From the NCBI GenBank assembly GCA_031411295.1, contig JANOAV010000134.1, positions 32,001-96,000 of the forward strand: DNA of 64,000 bases, read 5' to 3'. The stretch is from Verrucomicrobiales bacterium. GTDB taxonomy: Bacteria > Verrucomicrobiota > Verrucomicrobiia > Verrucomicrobiales > V1-33. Shown piece by piece: positions 53,901-64,000 of the stretch. The notes under the pieces are model-generated. The model saw only the letters and a list, made by a program, of their open reading frames with translations, had not been told where the DNA came from and ran no database searches. Both the position numbers and the translations under genes were made by a program. The stretch's first letter is position 1, and the number at the start of each line of letters is the position of its first letter.

Positions 53901-55146
53901 AATCTGGACGGCCCGCTGCGACCAGCCTTGGGTTATCCCAAACGGCAAAATCATGCGCGTTGCCATCACCCGCGTCCGTCGTCACCAGAAACAATTTCAT
54001 CTCCTTGCCATCGGCCGTGGGCGCGAGTTTTAGCCGAACCTCACGAGATTCAGCCAACGGACTTACTGGCACCATCCACGCCTTGGGACCATCCCGCTTG
54101 CCGATGTGACCCACCGTGGTGAACCGCCACAAGGCTTGCTGCCATTGGGCAATCCGCTGCGCCAACGCTGGTGCGTCCTCCGGTTTACTGTTGCGCCACG
54201 CAGCCCGCAACTGATCCAACAACATGGAAGGCTGCGCGTCATTCAATGCGGTCCACAGCGTCGTGAGATACTTGGCATTCAAGCCTGTTTCGCTTGCGAC
54301 ATCCGTTAGCGATTTCCCATTTCGAATGGCCTCTCGTTCCGAGAGCGTGGTGGCTAAATATCGCTCCAAGGGTAAGACTCCGCCATCCTTGGTATCAAAT
54401 TTTATCCCTTGGAGATTCACCACTCCACCGCCACCGTTGATGGTAAATTTAGCATAGAAGGCCCGAATAGCCGCCAGCCGCTCCTCCGTCCAATCGCTCT
54501 GAGAGGTGCTCGCTGAAAAGGAGATTCCATTCGGCAGCAGCACTGCATGGGCCGCCACCTCCTTGGCTGCATCCAGGTATTTCGTCAGCAGGGTGGGGGA
54601 CATGACCAAGGCCGCTCCTACATTCGTGAACCCTTCTCCTGCAGCTCCGTCCACCGGAAATTCGCGAGCGGGATCCAGCGACTGAATTTTCGTTAGATCG
54701 CGCAGGGTGTAGGTGTATTCCATGTTCGACAACCTGCGCATGATCACCGGACCGGGGTCCCCTGCATTTGCCAAGGCCATTTCATCAAGCGTGCTGCGCA
54801 GCCATGAGGTCAACGCAAGTTTCTGTTCGGGAGCAAACTGAGGTTTATCCTTCGGCGGCATCTCCCCGCTCTCCAACTGCTCCAGCACATTCTGCCAGAT
54901 GAGGGGGGCTCGTTTGATCTCCGCCAGCGATCCGAATCGTTCCAAATCAAGGTCGCCCTTCTGCTTCTCTGTGGAGTGACAGCCCAGGCATCGTTCCTGC
55001 AAGAGTGGCTGGATCTCGCCTGCGAAATCAGCGGCGGTCAGCGGACCCCAAGGGGCCAAAGCGATTAAGCTCGCAGGAATCGTAGATCGTTGCGAGGGGA
55101 GCCAATTTCGAACTCTTCTGAGGCTTCGTTGCTTCATGGTCTCCAT
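50968..55146 (-). CDS. DUF1592/DUF1588/DUF1585/DUF1587/DUF1595 protein with cytochrome c domain
   Basis: 'CLGCH', 'RRLSNMEY', 'LATRLSYFLWSS.PD', 'RTSPILRGNW', 'CAGCHKRIDP.GF', 'YALGR'. Confidence 0.92.
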   Translation of the reverse strand: METMKQRSLRRVRNWLPSQRSTIPASLIALAPWGPLTAADFAGEIQPLLQERCLGCHSTEKQKGDLDLERFGSLAEIKRAPLIWQNVLEQLESGEMPPKDKPQFAPEQKLALTSWLRSTLDEMALANAGDPGPVIMRRLSNMEYTYTLRDLTKIQSLDPAREFPVDGAAGEGFTNVGAALVMSPTLLTKYLDAAKEVAAHAVLLPNGISFSASTSQSDWTEERLAAIRAFYAKFTINGGGGVVNLQGIKFDTKDGGVLPLERYLATTLSEREAIRNGKSLTDVASETGLNAKYLTTLWTALNDAQPSMLLDQLRAAWRNSKPEDAPALAQRIAQWQQALWRFTTVGHIGKRDGPKAWMVPVSPLAESREVRLKLAPTADGKEMKLFLVTTDAGDGNAHDFAVWDNPRLVAAGRPDLPLQEVRAAAQALTKLRTKLFTDTAKCLAAAAELSPDVKPAELAAKHGLDPAALGAWLHCLGLGVGPTMLGGHMTTKSEASQNYDFIKGWTGADALSVVANSSDQLVTIPGNMKPHSVAVHPSPTQRVIITWRSPVSATLKLDGMVQHAHTACGNGVAWRVELRRGNTRQALAAGIAQDATEVKFGPLANLSVEPGDAISLIVSPQDGNHSCDLTSVNINLSDGTNHWNLAKDVSPDLLAGNPHADSLGNAEVWHFHSEQDKEGTNTPVFPQGSLLARWMATSAPDDKQSLATAMEKLLLEGPVGAPETPDAKLHQLLSAVNGPLLGSVLRDRTFREGNDTTGTSGLDPALFVTGKNQLCVQAPSVIEISLPMDLAEGCEFVATTTLQKATGAEGSVHMQALTTKPPTSAGLAAGAVQPVGGKRTWSDGDVSVATDSPILVRNGSAAQKRVEADLEDFRQLFPAALCYTKLVPVDEVVTLTLNYREDDHLRRLMLDDAESAEVDRLWQELHFVSQDALKLVDAFEQLWQFATQDADPSAFTPMREPIKQRAEDFKKQLTAAEPSHLGAVLNFAEQAYRRPLLVSEKEELRRLYQQLRAETIPHQEAIRLLLTRVLVSPAFLYRGESTPPGIKSAPVSNWELATRLSYFLWSSAPDAELRSLAAAGSLQSSNILAAEAQRLCQHENIRRLATEFGCQWLHVRDVATLNEKSERHFPTFLSVRESMQEEAVRFFMDLWQGDRSVLSLLDADYSFVNGALAKHYGIATKGDDWQRVEGLRAKGRGGILGFASTLAKQSGASRTSPILRGNWLSEVLLGDKLPRPPKGVPVLPDEAPQGFTERQLIERHSNDNNCAGCHKRIDPYGFALEGFDAIGRARTQDAAGLPINTDTKLLNGTPIAGFEGLRAYLTGQRSDDFLRQFCRKLLGYALGRSVQHSDKPLLDTMLAQLQANQYKVSIAIDLIVRSPQFREVRGRDYEVN

Positions 55147-55278
55147 TAGACTGCGCTCCCGCCCTTGTCGATCTGGCTGACCTTACGTAATGATGCGAAT
55201 GCTTACGCGTCCCAGGCTCTGCCGGTGGGTTCGAATTTCGTGCCAATATTTTTGGAAACAAAATTTTCGCATCTGGGG

Positions 55279-55306
55279 CTGACAAGCGCCCATCCCCCGA
55301 TATAGT
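55279..55306 (+). promoter_or_regulatory. Putative leuA promoter CTGACA-N16-TATAGT
   Basis: Read directly; 45 nt upstream of the ATG. Confidence 0.55.
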
Positions 55307-55351
55307 GTGCGTTCCCCTGAATTATAACCTTAGCAAAATCACCTCGATCTC

Positions 55352-57025
55352 ATGATCGCTAATCCATCGCAGAAATACCGTCCGTTTCCCGTGTTGTCCA
55401 TGCCTAACCGCCAATGGCCATCGCGTGAACTTACCCATGCTCCCATCTGGTGCAGCGTGGATCTTCGGGACGGAAATCAAGCGCTGGCCGTGCCCATGAA
55501 TGTTTCCCAGAAGCTGGAGTTGTTTGATGCCTTGGTGAAATGTGGTTTCAAGCAAATCGAAGTCGGCTTCCCGTCCGCTTCGGATACGGAGTTCGCCTTC
55601 ATGCGGCAATTGATTGAAGGTGGCCGCATTCCAGCGGATGTCACCATCCAAGTCCTGGTGCAGGCGCGGGAAGATTTGATCGAGCGCACCGTGGAATCGT
55701 TGATTGGGGCGCCCAGCGTGATCATCCATTTGTATAACAGCACTTCTCCTGCGCAGCGCGAAATCGTGTTCGGTCTGGAGAAAAAGGACATCGTGAAGAT
55801 GGCGGTGCGCGGAGCGAAAATGATCCAGGAACGGCTTCCCCGCTTGGCTGGCAGTCGCGTGCAGTTGCAATACTCCCCGGAAAGTTTCAGCGCCACCGAG
55901 GTGGAGTTTTCTCTGGAAGTCTGTGAAGCGGTCATGGAAGTCTGGAAGCCTACGGTGGAAAACAAGGTCATCCTGAATCTGCCGGACACGGTGGAAGTTG
56001 CTATGCCTAACGTTTACGCGGACCAGATCGAATGGTTCATCACGCATCTGAAAAATCGCGATGCGGTCACGATCAGTTTGCATACCCACAACGACCGCGG
56101 CACCGGCACCGCCGCCACCGAACTGGGTCTGCTGGCAGGCGCGGATCGCGTGGAAGGAACGCTTTTCGGCAATGGTGAGCGCACCGGGAATTTGGATATC
56201 ATCAACGTGGCGATGAATCTCTACATGCATGGGATTGACCCGGAATTGGATTTCTCGAACATTAATGCATTGATCTCCATTTACGAGCGTTGCACCGGCA
56301 TGACCGTGCCGCCACGGCAGCCGTATGCTGGAGAGTTGGTGTTCACGGCATTCAGCGGCAGCCACCAGGATGCGGTGAAAAAGGGCCTGCAAAAACGCAC
56401 GGAACTGCTGCAGCAGACCGAAGGTGAAGTGCGGTGGAATGTTCCTTACTTGACGATCGATCCCGAAGACTTGGGCCGGAAATATCGCGAAGTCATCCGC
56501 GTCAACAGTCAGAGCGGCAAAGGTGGCGTGGCCTACCTGCTGGAAAGCGACTATGGTATTTCCCTGCCCAAGGATCTACAGCGCGAATTCGGTCCGCTCG
56601 CCAACACGTTAGTGGATCGACTGGGTCGCGAAGTCACAGCGGCGGAATTGAAAGACATGTTCTATCAGGAATATGTGGACCGCACCACGCCCTGGACGCT
56701 GGAATCCTTTTCGGATGAAGGCAAGGGCGGCACGACCCGCACCGTGGCAGAAGTGAAATTTAACTCCGAATCCTTACTTCTTAAAGGCGAAGGCAACGGA
56801 CCGCTGGCGGCCTTCATGCACAGCCTGCCGCCCACCCAACAAGCCGGCTTGGATATCACCGACTACAGCCAGCATTCGCTCGGCAGTGGCGCTGACGCCC
56901 AAGCCATCGCTTACGTGCGGCTGAAGAACTCCGCCGGCAAACAAGCCTACGGAGTGGGGGTGCACACCAGCATCGAGTTAGCCTCAATCAATGCGGTGCT
57001 CAGTGCACTAAATCGGCTGGGCTGA
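55352..57025 (+). CDS. leuA: 2-isopropylmalate synthase (yeast/actinobacterial type)
   Basis: 'WCSVDLRDGNQAL', 'YSPESF', 'HTHNDRG', 'GNGERTGN', 'AFSGSHQDA', 'RVNSQSGKGG'. Confidence 0.96.
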   Translation: MIANPSQKYRPFPVLSMPNRQWPSRELTHAPIWCSVDLRDGNQALAVPMNVSQKLELFDALVKCGFKQIEVGFPSASDTEFAFMRQLIEGGRIPADVTIQVLVQAREDLIERTVESLIGAPSVIIHLYNSTSPAQREIVFGLEKKDIVKMAVRGAKMIQERLPRLAGSRVQLQYSPESFSATEVEFSLEVCEAVMEVWKPTVENKVILNLPDTVEVAMPNVYADQIEWFITHLKNRDAVTISLHTHNDRGTGTAATELGLLAGADRVEGTLFGNGERTGNLDIINVAMNLYMHGIDPELDFSNINALISIYERCTGMTVPPRQPYAGELVFTAFSGSHQDAVKKGLQKRTELLQQTEGEVRWNVPYLTIDPEDLGRKYREVIRVNSQSGKGGVAYLLESDYGISLPKDLQREFGPLANTLVDRLGREVTAAELKDMFYQEYVDRTTPWTLESFSDEGKGGTTRTVAEVKFNSESLLLKGEGNGPLAAFMHSLPPTQQAGLDITDYSQHSLGSGADAQAIAYVRLKNSAGKQAYGVGVHTSIELASINAVLSALNRLG

Positions 57026-57084
57026 GGAGGCTTGCCCTGAAGTCTGGATTGCAAAGTTCGGATCTCGGCGGAAATTGGCGCATT

Positions 57085-58107
57085 ATGAAACTCAAGCTCC
57101 TGATTCTTCTTGGTATTTCCTGTGGTTTCGCACTAGGCGCTGAGCCTGCGGGGGAGGCTTCGTCCCCTGAGGCCTTGCTGAATGCGGCGGTGGCCAATCC
57201 TGGGAGTTACTCGCAGATGTGTGACATGCAGTTGGTGGATCGCAAGGCGACGCCCTTGCCAATCTATGGGTTGATGCTGGACTCCGAATTTCAACTCAGT
57301 GTGGAAGTGCTGAGAACCCTGCGTTCCCGCCGGTCGGAGATCATCCCTTCGTTGGCAAAGCGACTGGCTGAACTCGATCTAATGCGCGACCCCCAAGTCT
57401 CTGAAATGAAATTTAAGGACGGATCGGGGACCGACATCCCGGAGGAGATTGCCAGCACGGGCTTGGATCCGAAGGCCTTGAGTCAGATTTTGCTTAAAAT
57501 TGTGATTGATCTTAATGCCACGGAATGTCTGCCGGGCCTTTTGAAGTTGGAGAAGGAACTGTCGCAGAAACTTGAAGCCCATGCGGCTGATCCCACGCAA
57601 CCCTTACCGGAGATTCAGAGTGATGCTGGTTTCATTCTTGGCAGTCCCACCACCTACCAGCCGGAATTCCAGCCCAAGGAAGGTGAGGAGTTTACGCCAG
57701 AGGAAAACGCCAAGATAGCCGCCTTGCATAAACGGGTGGCGGCCATTGTCGCGCAGCGGGATTTGCTCGCCACCATGCTCTGTCTCTTGCGGCAGGAAAA
57801 ATTTGGTCCCTTGCTGAAATCCAATTTCGAATCTTCGTTCGCCAAGAGTGTGAAGGCCGCTGCGAAGGAGGAAAATTTGGCTGCGGTGAAGAAACCCGCA
57901 GACATTGCCAAGGACGAAGCGGACTATCTTGGCTTCGACCCCATTCTCAATCTGCCGACCTATCCGGGGCGCAAGGCGACAGATGTGAAATACAACTCCG
58001 AGGTGCGCCAGCAGGTGCTGGATCTCGTTAACGAATTCCTCAAGACGGTGCCGGCGGAGAAACGTTTGGGAGCCAAGGGGATGACGCCTCGGGTCTATGT
58101 TCGCTAG
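57085..58107 (+). CDS. Secreted hypothetical protein
   Basis: Signal peptide 'MKLKLLILLGISCGFALG'; overlaps the next gene; no family recognised. Confidence 0.75.
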   Translation: MKLKLLILLGISCGFALGAEPAGEASSPEALLNAAVANPGSYSQMCDMQLVDRKATPLPIYGLMLDSEFQLSVEVLRTLRSRRSEIIPSLAKRLAELDLMRDPQVSEMKFKDGSGTDIPEEIASTGLDPKALSQILLKIVIDLNATECLPGLLKLEKELSQKLEAHAADPTQPLPEIQSDAGFILGSPTTYQPEFQPKEGEEFTPEENAKIAALHKRVAAIVAQRDLLATMLCLLRQEKFGPLLKSNFESSFAKSVKAAAKEENLAAVKKPADIAKDEADYLGFDPILNLPTYPGRKATDVKYNSEVRQQVLDLVNEFLKTVPAEKRLGAKGMTPRVYVR

Positions 58108-58954
58108 AATTTTTGTGCTGGCGATGGTGCTGCTGCGCCCCTGCCTGCAGGCGGATGGGCTTGCCGTAAAGGAATTCGCTAACGGGCATAAATTGCGGCT
58201 GATTCCTGACGGAAAGTTTCGGGTGGGCGCTAATGATCATCCGGCCAATCCCGCTCGTGAAGTAAAGTTGGCAGCTTATTGGATGGCGGAAGCGGAGACG
58301 ACCAACGCACAATTTACCGCCTTTGTTAATGCCACGAGTTATGTCACCGATGCTGAGAAACGGGGATTCGGCCAAGTCTTCACAGAGGGGATGGCGGACT
58401 GGGCTTGGCAATCGGTGAAAGGGGCCAATTGGCGCTTCCCGTTCGGCCCAGAAAGGCCGGCGGCCCTGCCGCAGCACCCGGTAACTCAGATTAGCGGGGC
58501 AGACGCGGAGGCTTATTGCAAGTGGGCGCAATTGCGGTTGCCCAGCTTGGACGAATGGGAGGTGGCGGCTCGGGCGGGCGCGGAAACGAGGTTTCCCTGG
58601 GGGCCGAATTACTCCCCCAAGCAAGCCAATACTTGGGACGGCAAGAGTCATCGCAAGAATTCGCTAGCCGATGGATTTCTCTACACCAGTCCGGTGAAAT
58701 CGTTTCCGCCGAACGCGTGGGGACTGTATGACGTGATTGGGAACGTCTTTGAATATTGCAGTGGCATTCCCGCCACGCTCCTGACCCGAGCGGGGCAGGA
58801 ACGACGCTTGATGTCAGGACGGGGCGGCTCCTGGTGGTGCTCAGCAGGGACTTGCAGTTACTTTAATTTGGTGGACATCGGCACCATGGATAAACATGGC
58901 AGTCTGGCGAATCAGGGATTCCGGGTGGCGCTGTCGTTGGTATTAGAAAAATAG
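58097..58954 (+). CDS. Formylglycine-generating enzyme (FGE-sulfatase) family protein
   Basis: 'HPVTQIS', 'RLPSLDEWE.AAR', 'PNAWGLYDVIGNVFE', 'RGGSWWC....C', 'GFR'. Confidence 0.9.
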   Translation: MFARIFVLAMVLLRPCLQADGLAVKEFANGHKLRLIPDGKFRVGANDHPANPAREVKLAAYWMAEAETTNAQFTAFVNATSYVTDAEKRGFGQVFTEGMADWAWQSVKGANWRFPFGPERPAALPQHPVTQISGADAEAYCKWAQLRLPSLDEWEVAARAGAETRFPWGPNYSPKQANTWDGKSHRKNSLADGFLYTSPVKSFPPNAWGLYDVIGNVFEYCSGIPATLLTRAGQERRLMSGRGGSWWCSAGTCSYFNLVDIGTMDKHGSLANQGFRVALSLVLEK

Positions 58955-59063
58955 TCCCATGCTTCTTCCAGACGATGGATTTGCTGCCGCGGGAAATCTG
59001 GCCAGAATGCAAGATGGATGCATTTTGTGTTTTTCCTTCTGAAAATTGCCGCTAGTTTCCGGC

Positions 59064-59507
59064 ATGCCTGCCTCTGATACCTCCCAACTTAGCCTGCTCG
59101 GCCGCTCTGAAAATCGACTTCCCACTTCCCCTGATGAAGCGAAGCTGGAGTTCTTTGAGAACCGCCACGCCCAACGCGATTATTGGATCCATCTCGATTG
59201 CCCGGAATTCTCCAGCCTCTGCCCAGTCACGGGCCAGCCAGATATGGCCCGGATCCAAATTCGTTATGTGCCGGACAAACTGTGCATCGAAACGAAGTCG
59301 CTTAAATTTTACCTGGCCGCGTTTCGCAATTTACCTTCGTTCAACGAGGATATTGTGAACCGCGTGCTGACCGATCTCAGCAACGGCTGCAAGCCTCGTC
59401 GCATGGTGGTGCGGGGTTCCTTCGGATCCCGTGGGGGCATTCAACTGACTTGTCAGGCCAGCATTCCTGACGGGGCGGATGCCGCGCTTGGGCTGCTGCC
59501 ATTATAA
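59064..59507 (+). CDS. queF: NADPH-dependent preQ0 reductase (type I)
   Basis: 'PEFSSLCPVTGQPD', 'IETKSLKFYL..FRN', 'RGGI'. Confidence 0.95.
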   Translation: MPASDTSQLSLLGRSENRLPTSPDEAKLEFFENRHAQRDYWIHLDCPEFSSLCPVTGQPDMARIQIRYVPDKLCIETKSLKFYLAAFRNLPSFNEDIVNRVLTDLSNGCKPRRMVVRGSFGSRGGIQLTCQASIPDGADAALGLLPL

Positions 59508-59518
59508 ACGACGCACTT

Positions 59519-60195
<677 letters not shown>

Positions 60196-60199
<4 letters not shown>

Positions 60200-60942
60200 G
60201 ACGCATCACCACTGAACAAACGGATTTCCAGCGCATCGAAGTCTGGGGCTCGGAACACGAAATAGAATTCCGCGTGGCCGGAGCGATCCATGCCACGTGG
60301 CACCAGCAGCGTTTCCTCACGGGCATGGCCTGGGACGCCATCACGGCGGGTGTGCTGCTGCGGGAGGAAGGCCCACCGAAGACACTACTCATGCTTGGTC
60401 TGGGCGGCGGCACCGCTTTGCGGCAGTTGAAGCACTTGATTCCTAACTTGGAAATCACGGCGTTGGAATTGGACGGTCGCATGATTTCTCTGGCCCGTAA
60501 ATTCATGCACTTGGATGAGTTGGGGGTAAATATTGTCCAGGGCGATGCCTATACCTGGCTGAAACAGAATCGCCAGCGCTTCGATGCGGTGGTGGATGAC
60601 GTTTACGGCAGTGGGGATTTGGACGTCTCCCGGCCCACCGTTTACACACCGGAATTGTCCTCCGCCTTGCAACGCAGCTTGGCTCCGGGCGGGGTGTTTG
60701 CGGCTAACTTGGTGACCGGAGCAGGGCATCGTAAGATGCAGAGTGCGTTCCGGAATTTCTTCACTTGGACGTTTCCCGTCGTGCGCAGCATCGCGCCCCA
60801 CCTCAGTCTCAATGAAACTCTGGCTGGTGGAGCAACTTTGGCCGGTCCGTCCCGACTACGCCCGTATGAATACCTCTGGCCGCAGCGGAGGGATCAGGCG
60901 CTGTGGACGAAGTTGAAATGCCGCAGATTGCTGGCTGGTTAG
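60196..60942 (+). CDS. Spermidine-synthase-like SAM-dependent transferase
   Basis: 'LMLGLGGG', 'ALELD', 'GDA', 'FDAVVDD', 'LAPGGVFAAN'; GTGA overlap with queC. Confidence 0.8.
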
Positions 60943-61823
60943 GTTTTACGCTCTCCCGTTTCGTGATCCATTTTCTGGTCGAAGTATTTCCAGTCCAAGG
61001 CTCCGGGAATTTTCCAATTGCCCCGCATGCCGTAGCCGACATAAAGGATCAGGCGATGCAGGAAGAAGCAACAGATCAAGTAGCCGACGAGGGCAAAAAA
61101 GGACCATTTGTAGGCGCACCACGCACCGGCGGCGGTGATCACGAAATTGGAGTTCCGCACTTGGCGAAAATGTTCCCGCATGAAGCGACCTTTGAGCGCC
61201 AGGGAAAGCCGGAAGATGATCCGCCAGTCATCAATGATGTAGAACAATGCCCACGCCAGCAACGCCGAGGCTACCGTGGCTTCGTCGGCAAATTTGATGG
61301 TCCAGAGCAGCAAAATATTTAATTCATAGAATCCCGTCTGCACTAGGTTAATGGCGGTCTGGGCGAAGCGATTGCGATAGACTGGCAGGGAATCGGCATC
61401 CACTTGCTCGGCCTCTTTGTAGCGGAAGAGCCGTTTGGTGGATTCTTTGGTGGTGGGAAGTGGATCCAAGCGAAGCGCCTCGAACAGGCTTCGGGTGGCG
61501 TTGAGACCGACGGCTATCGAGGTGATGCGCAAGGCCAGCACGCCACTTTTGAGTTCTTCCGGCAGGTTCTTGTTGAGTGCCTGCCAGCCCTGCCAAAAAT
61601 CGGTTTGATGCCGGGCCAGATTCAACAAATTGGCGATGGGATAAAACACGCACGAGAGGGAAGTGAAGGCCGAAAGGCCCAAGGCCGCTAGCACGATGAA
61701 CTCATCCACTTCGCGCAGATTATACGCCGCCCGGTGGGCAGTGATGAGCATAAAAATTAAGGCGAGAATGGCCGCTGCAACGAGCGAGGGGCCGAGACCT
61801 TCCGTCAGATAGCCTAGGGGCAT
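60939..61823 (-). CDS. Multi-pass membrane hypothetical protein
   Basis: Several hydrophobic segments; no family recognised. Confidence 0.65.
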   Translation of the reverse strand: MPLGYLTEGLGPSLVAAAILALIFMLITAHRAAYNLREVDEFIVLAALGLSAFTSLSCVFYPIANLLNLARHQTDFWQGWQALNKNLPEELKSGVLALRITSIAVGLNATRSLFEALRLDPLPTTKESTKRLFRYKEAEQVDADSLPVYRNRFAQTAINLVQTGFYELNILLLWTIKFADEATVASALLAWALFYIIDDWRIIFRLSLALKGRFMREHFRQVRNSNFVITAAGAWCAYKWSFFALVGYLICCFFLHRLILYVGYGMRGNWKIPGALDWKYFDQKMDHETGERKT

Positions 61824-61950
61824 GGGAGTTGATTGGGTGATAACGAGCGGAACCCCGGTCGTCCGATAGCATGCGTGCCCCTGTCATCGGTGCCAGTGGA
61901 ATTTTTTTAGCGTTTTCTCATTGGTCCAAGCAGGAGCCGCAGAGTGCCCA

Positions 61951-62055
61951 GTGGCATGGGCGTCCCGCCCATTAGCCCCACCCCGCCCACTACCCCATCT
62001 CATAACCGTTACAACGTGTTATATTCTTGGCTGCTGGGCGGGACGCCCATGCCAC
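61951..62055. repeat. REPIN-like inverted doublet (perfect 21-bp arms)
   Basis: gtggcatgggcgtcccgccca (61951-61971) and tgggcgggacgcccatgccac (62035-62055); 63-nt spacer. Confidence 0.85.
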
Positions 62056-62084
62056 GAGGCCTATCCATGAGCTTGGGCAGGGAC

Positions 62085-63998
62085 TTAATTCTGCGTTACC
62101 CGCAGCCGGCCGAAACGACGGTTGGCAGTGTTGGCCACGGTATCCCGCCAAATGATGGTTTCGGTGCCATTGCCATTGTCCGTAATGCTGCCCACGGGGA
62201 GTCCAGCGGTCCAGGCGGCTACGGCCAGGGAATCGGAGAACTCGCCAATGTAAGTTAGATCACTGCGTGAACCCAGCGGACGAGTGACGCTGAGCGCCAG
62301 ATAGTCGGTGCCACTGACATTTACCGTGGTCATGGTTGGCAGGCCCGCTTGGGCGGAAACGGTGCCGTCTAGACCCAGCGCGTATTCGATCAGATTTTGA
62401 ATTCCGTCTAAATCAGGATCCGCTTGGGGCCCGATGATGCCTACGTTAGTTTCGCCAGGCCAGGTGGTGCTTTGCCAGTTGGCGAAGCCTGCTGGAGGCG
62501 TGGCGGACACAATTAAATTCACCACTCCCGGGGTGCTGGTGCTGATGGAATAAAACAGTCCTGGAGGGGTGCTGCCGAGGATCAGGCCGCTGCCGGTGCG
62601 GGCTCCGGTGTAGGTGATGATCGGAAAGGTTCCGGTCACGCCAGTGGCGTTCGTCACGTTCACTTTACCTGCCAATTCCAAGGCGCCCATCACCGTGATT
62701 TTGTCGCTGGTGGTGCCGAGGTCGAAGTTTAAATTAGTGTCCACGCCGAGGACGAGCCCGCCATTCATATTCAAGGTTCCCACCCCGCCTGCGCCCGTCC
62801 CGGGCGAGAGGATGGATCCGGTGCTGGTTAGAAAATTCCCCGCCACCTGAGCCGGGCTGGCGGTGGTGCCGCCGGAAAGCGTCTGCGCGGCCTGCAGGAA
62901 GAAGTTCCCGGCGGTGGCAGTGACATCGAACGTGGCCCCGGGACTGATGCTGATCACAGGCGAGCTGAGAATGGCGCCCGATGGTCCCAGCGCCAAGGTT
63001 CCCTCCTGGATAGTGGTGGTGCCGGTGTAGCCGTTTTCGTTATTCAGAATCCAGGTTCCGGTGCCCTGTTTGAGCAGGTTAGTCTTGTTGGTGGGGCCGC
63101 TGTCTGGAATGAGCCCACCGATCTCTCCGATCCCGGCGGTGGACCCTGTCAGCGTCAGCGTCTTGGGGCCCGCGCCCGTGGCGGTAAAACTACTGCTGAA
63201 GATCAGTTTCCCAGAGGGGCCGGATTGCTCCAGGAATGATTGCTGAGTGGTGGTGGCGGACAGGCTGATGACCCGGTCCGTGGTCTCTCCAGTGCCAGTG
63301 TAACGCAATGTTCCCTGCGCACCCGCTAATCCAATGGTTCCATTGGCTACCGTGACCGGTGCTCCCAAATTGCTGGTGGCACTGCCTCCCACCACGCTGT
63401 TGAAACTGGCAGCGCTCAGCGTGCCGCCATTGATATTGGTAGGGGTGGCATAAGTATTAGCACCAGAGAGCGTCCGCACACTGGTGGGATTTCCATTGCT
63501 ACTGCAGGTTACTCGTGCCGTGCCGCTGATGACCCCGGTGATTTCCAAATTGCCCGCACCCTGGAGCACGAATTGATCCGTCGCGGCCCCCTGAGTAGTG
63601 ATATTCCCAGAGATAGTTAGCAGGCCCGCATCCGAGCCGATTCGCATGACGGCCAGCGCGGGAATGGCCGTGATGTTGCCAGTCCATACGTTGTTGCCAG
63701 TTAGGCTGCGCAAGGCGCCCGGTCCGTTGTTAGTGGTGGTATTGCCATTACCAGTAAAGGTCAGCGTCTCCCCGGTCACGGTCACGCCACCCTGCAACCG
63801 CAGTTCCCCACCAGCGGGGACCACGGTGCCGGCAACGTTACTGCCCAAGGCGTTGGGGGTAGTCACGACCAGGCTTCCAGCGGAAATGGTGGTCAGACCG
63901 TCGTAGGAATTATTGCCAGTTAGGGTGGTCGCGCCTGCGCCCGTCTGCGATATGTTTCCACTCCCACTGATCTCGTTAGCGACGGTGGTCGCATCTGA
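62085..63998 (-). CDS. Autotransporter-associated beta-strand repeat protein, 5'-truncated by the window edge; no beta-barrel
   Basis: Repeats 'G.GT..L...N.Y.G.T.I..G.L'; frame open to the window end; C-terminal 'DPDLDGIQNLIEYALG...RRFGRLRV'. Confidence 0.88.
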   Translation of the reverse strand, partial: SDATTVANEISGSGNISQTGAGATTLTGNNSYDGLTTISAGSLVVTTPNALGSNVAGTVVPAGGELRLQGGVTVTGETLTFTGNGNTTTNNGPGALRSLTGNNVWTGNITAIPALAVMRIGSDAGLLTISGNITTQGAATDQFVLQGAGNLEITGVISGTARVTCSSNGNPTSVRTLSGANTYATPTNINGGTLSAASFNSVVGGSATSNLGAPVTVANGTIGLAGAQGTLRYTGTGETTDRVISLSATTTQQSFLEQSGPSGKLIFSSSFTATGAGPKTLTLTGSTAGIGEIGGLIPDSGPTNKTNLLKQGTGTWILNNENGYTGTTTIQEGTLALGPSGAILSSPVISISPGATFDVTATAGNFFLQAAQTLSGGTTASPAQVAGNFLTSTGSILSPGTGAGGVGTLNMNGGLVLGVDTNLNFDLGTTSDKITVMGALELAGKVNVTNATGVTGTFPIITYTGARTGSGLILGSTPPGLFYSISTSTPGVVNLIVSATPPAGFANWQSTTWPGETNVGIIGPQADPDLDGIQNLIEYALGLDGTVSAQAGLPTMTTVNVSGTDYLALSVTRPLGSRSDLTYIGEFSDSLAVAAWTAGLPVGSITDNGNGTETIIWRDTVANTANRRFGRLRVTQN

Positions 63999-64000
63999 AC

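Noticed and set aside
49613..55146. DUF1592 + DUF1552 pair as a novel system
   Set aside because: A well-known, highly paralogous gene pair in Planctomycetes and Verrucomicrobia; nothing unusual here.
55150..55351. Possible leucine attenuator upstream of leuA
   Set aside because: No Leu-rich leader peptide or terminator seen; the promoter-like motif is only 45 nt from the ATG.
58955..59063. Possible preQ1 riboswitch upstream of queF
   Set aside because: No preQ1-I stem-loop with an A-rich tail is recognisable.

Overview
64 kb of bacterial chromosome, almost certainly Verrucomicrobiota (inferred from PEP-CTERM, DUF1549/1553 and DUF1552/1592 proteins, a CotH/lamin-tail giant protein, long-form GreA and passenger-repeat proteins without a beta-barrel). 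The housekeeping backbone includes ymdB, ROK kinase, RNase Z-like, lipid A acyltransferase, greA, mnmA, rpsA, hemL, leuA, queF and queC. Accessory parts: (i) a three-gene cluster of multi-domain glycosyltransferases (95-5429: GT92-like fusion, methyltransferase+DUF707, GT43+GT11+GT90) in which several domains have lost catalytic motifs, followed by a 69-bp relic of an older allele; (ii) a second glycan patch (35748-40899: triple-domain GT/sulfotransferase, an AT-rich Tat-protein/membrane-protein pair, glf); (iii) an AT-richer, translationally coupled two-gene insert between mnmA and rpsA (DUF2188 + TIR/nucleoside-deoxyribosyltransferase-like protein with an extra C-terminal mini-domain), the best candidate for an undescribed defence or toxin module. 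Also seen: a phage-tail-type module inserted in the CotH protein, a shared C-terminal putative sorting domain, REP/REPIN-like elements, recurring promoters with 16-bp spacers and apparent leaderless starts, an unannotated 24-aa membrane peptide and two frameshifted genes. No rRNA, tRNA, CRISPR array or transposase was recognised. All family assignments are by motif recognition from memory, not database searches.
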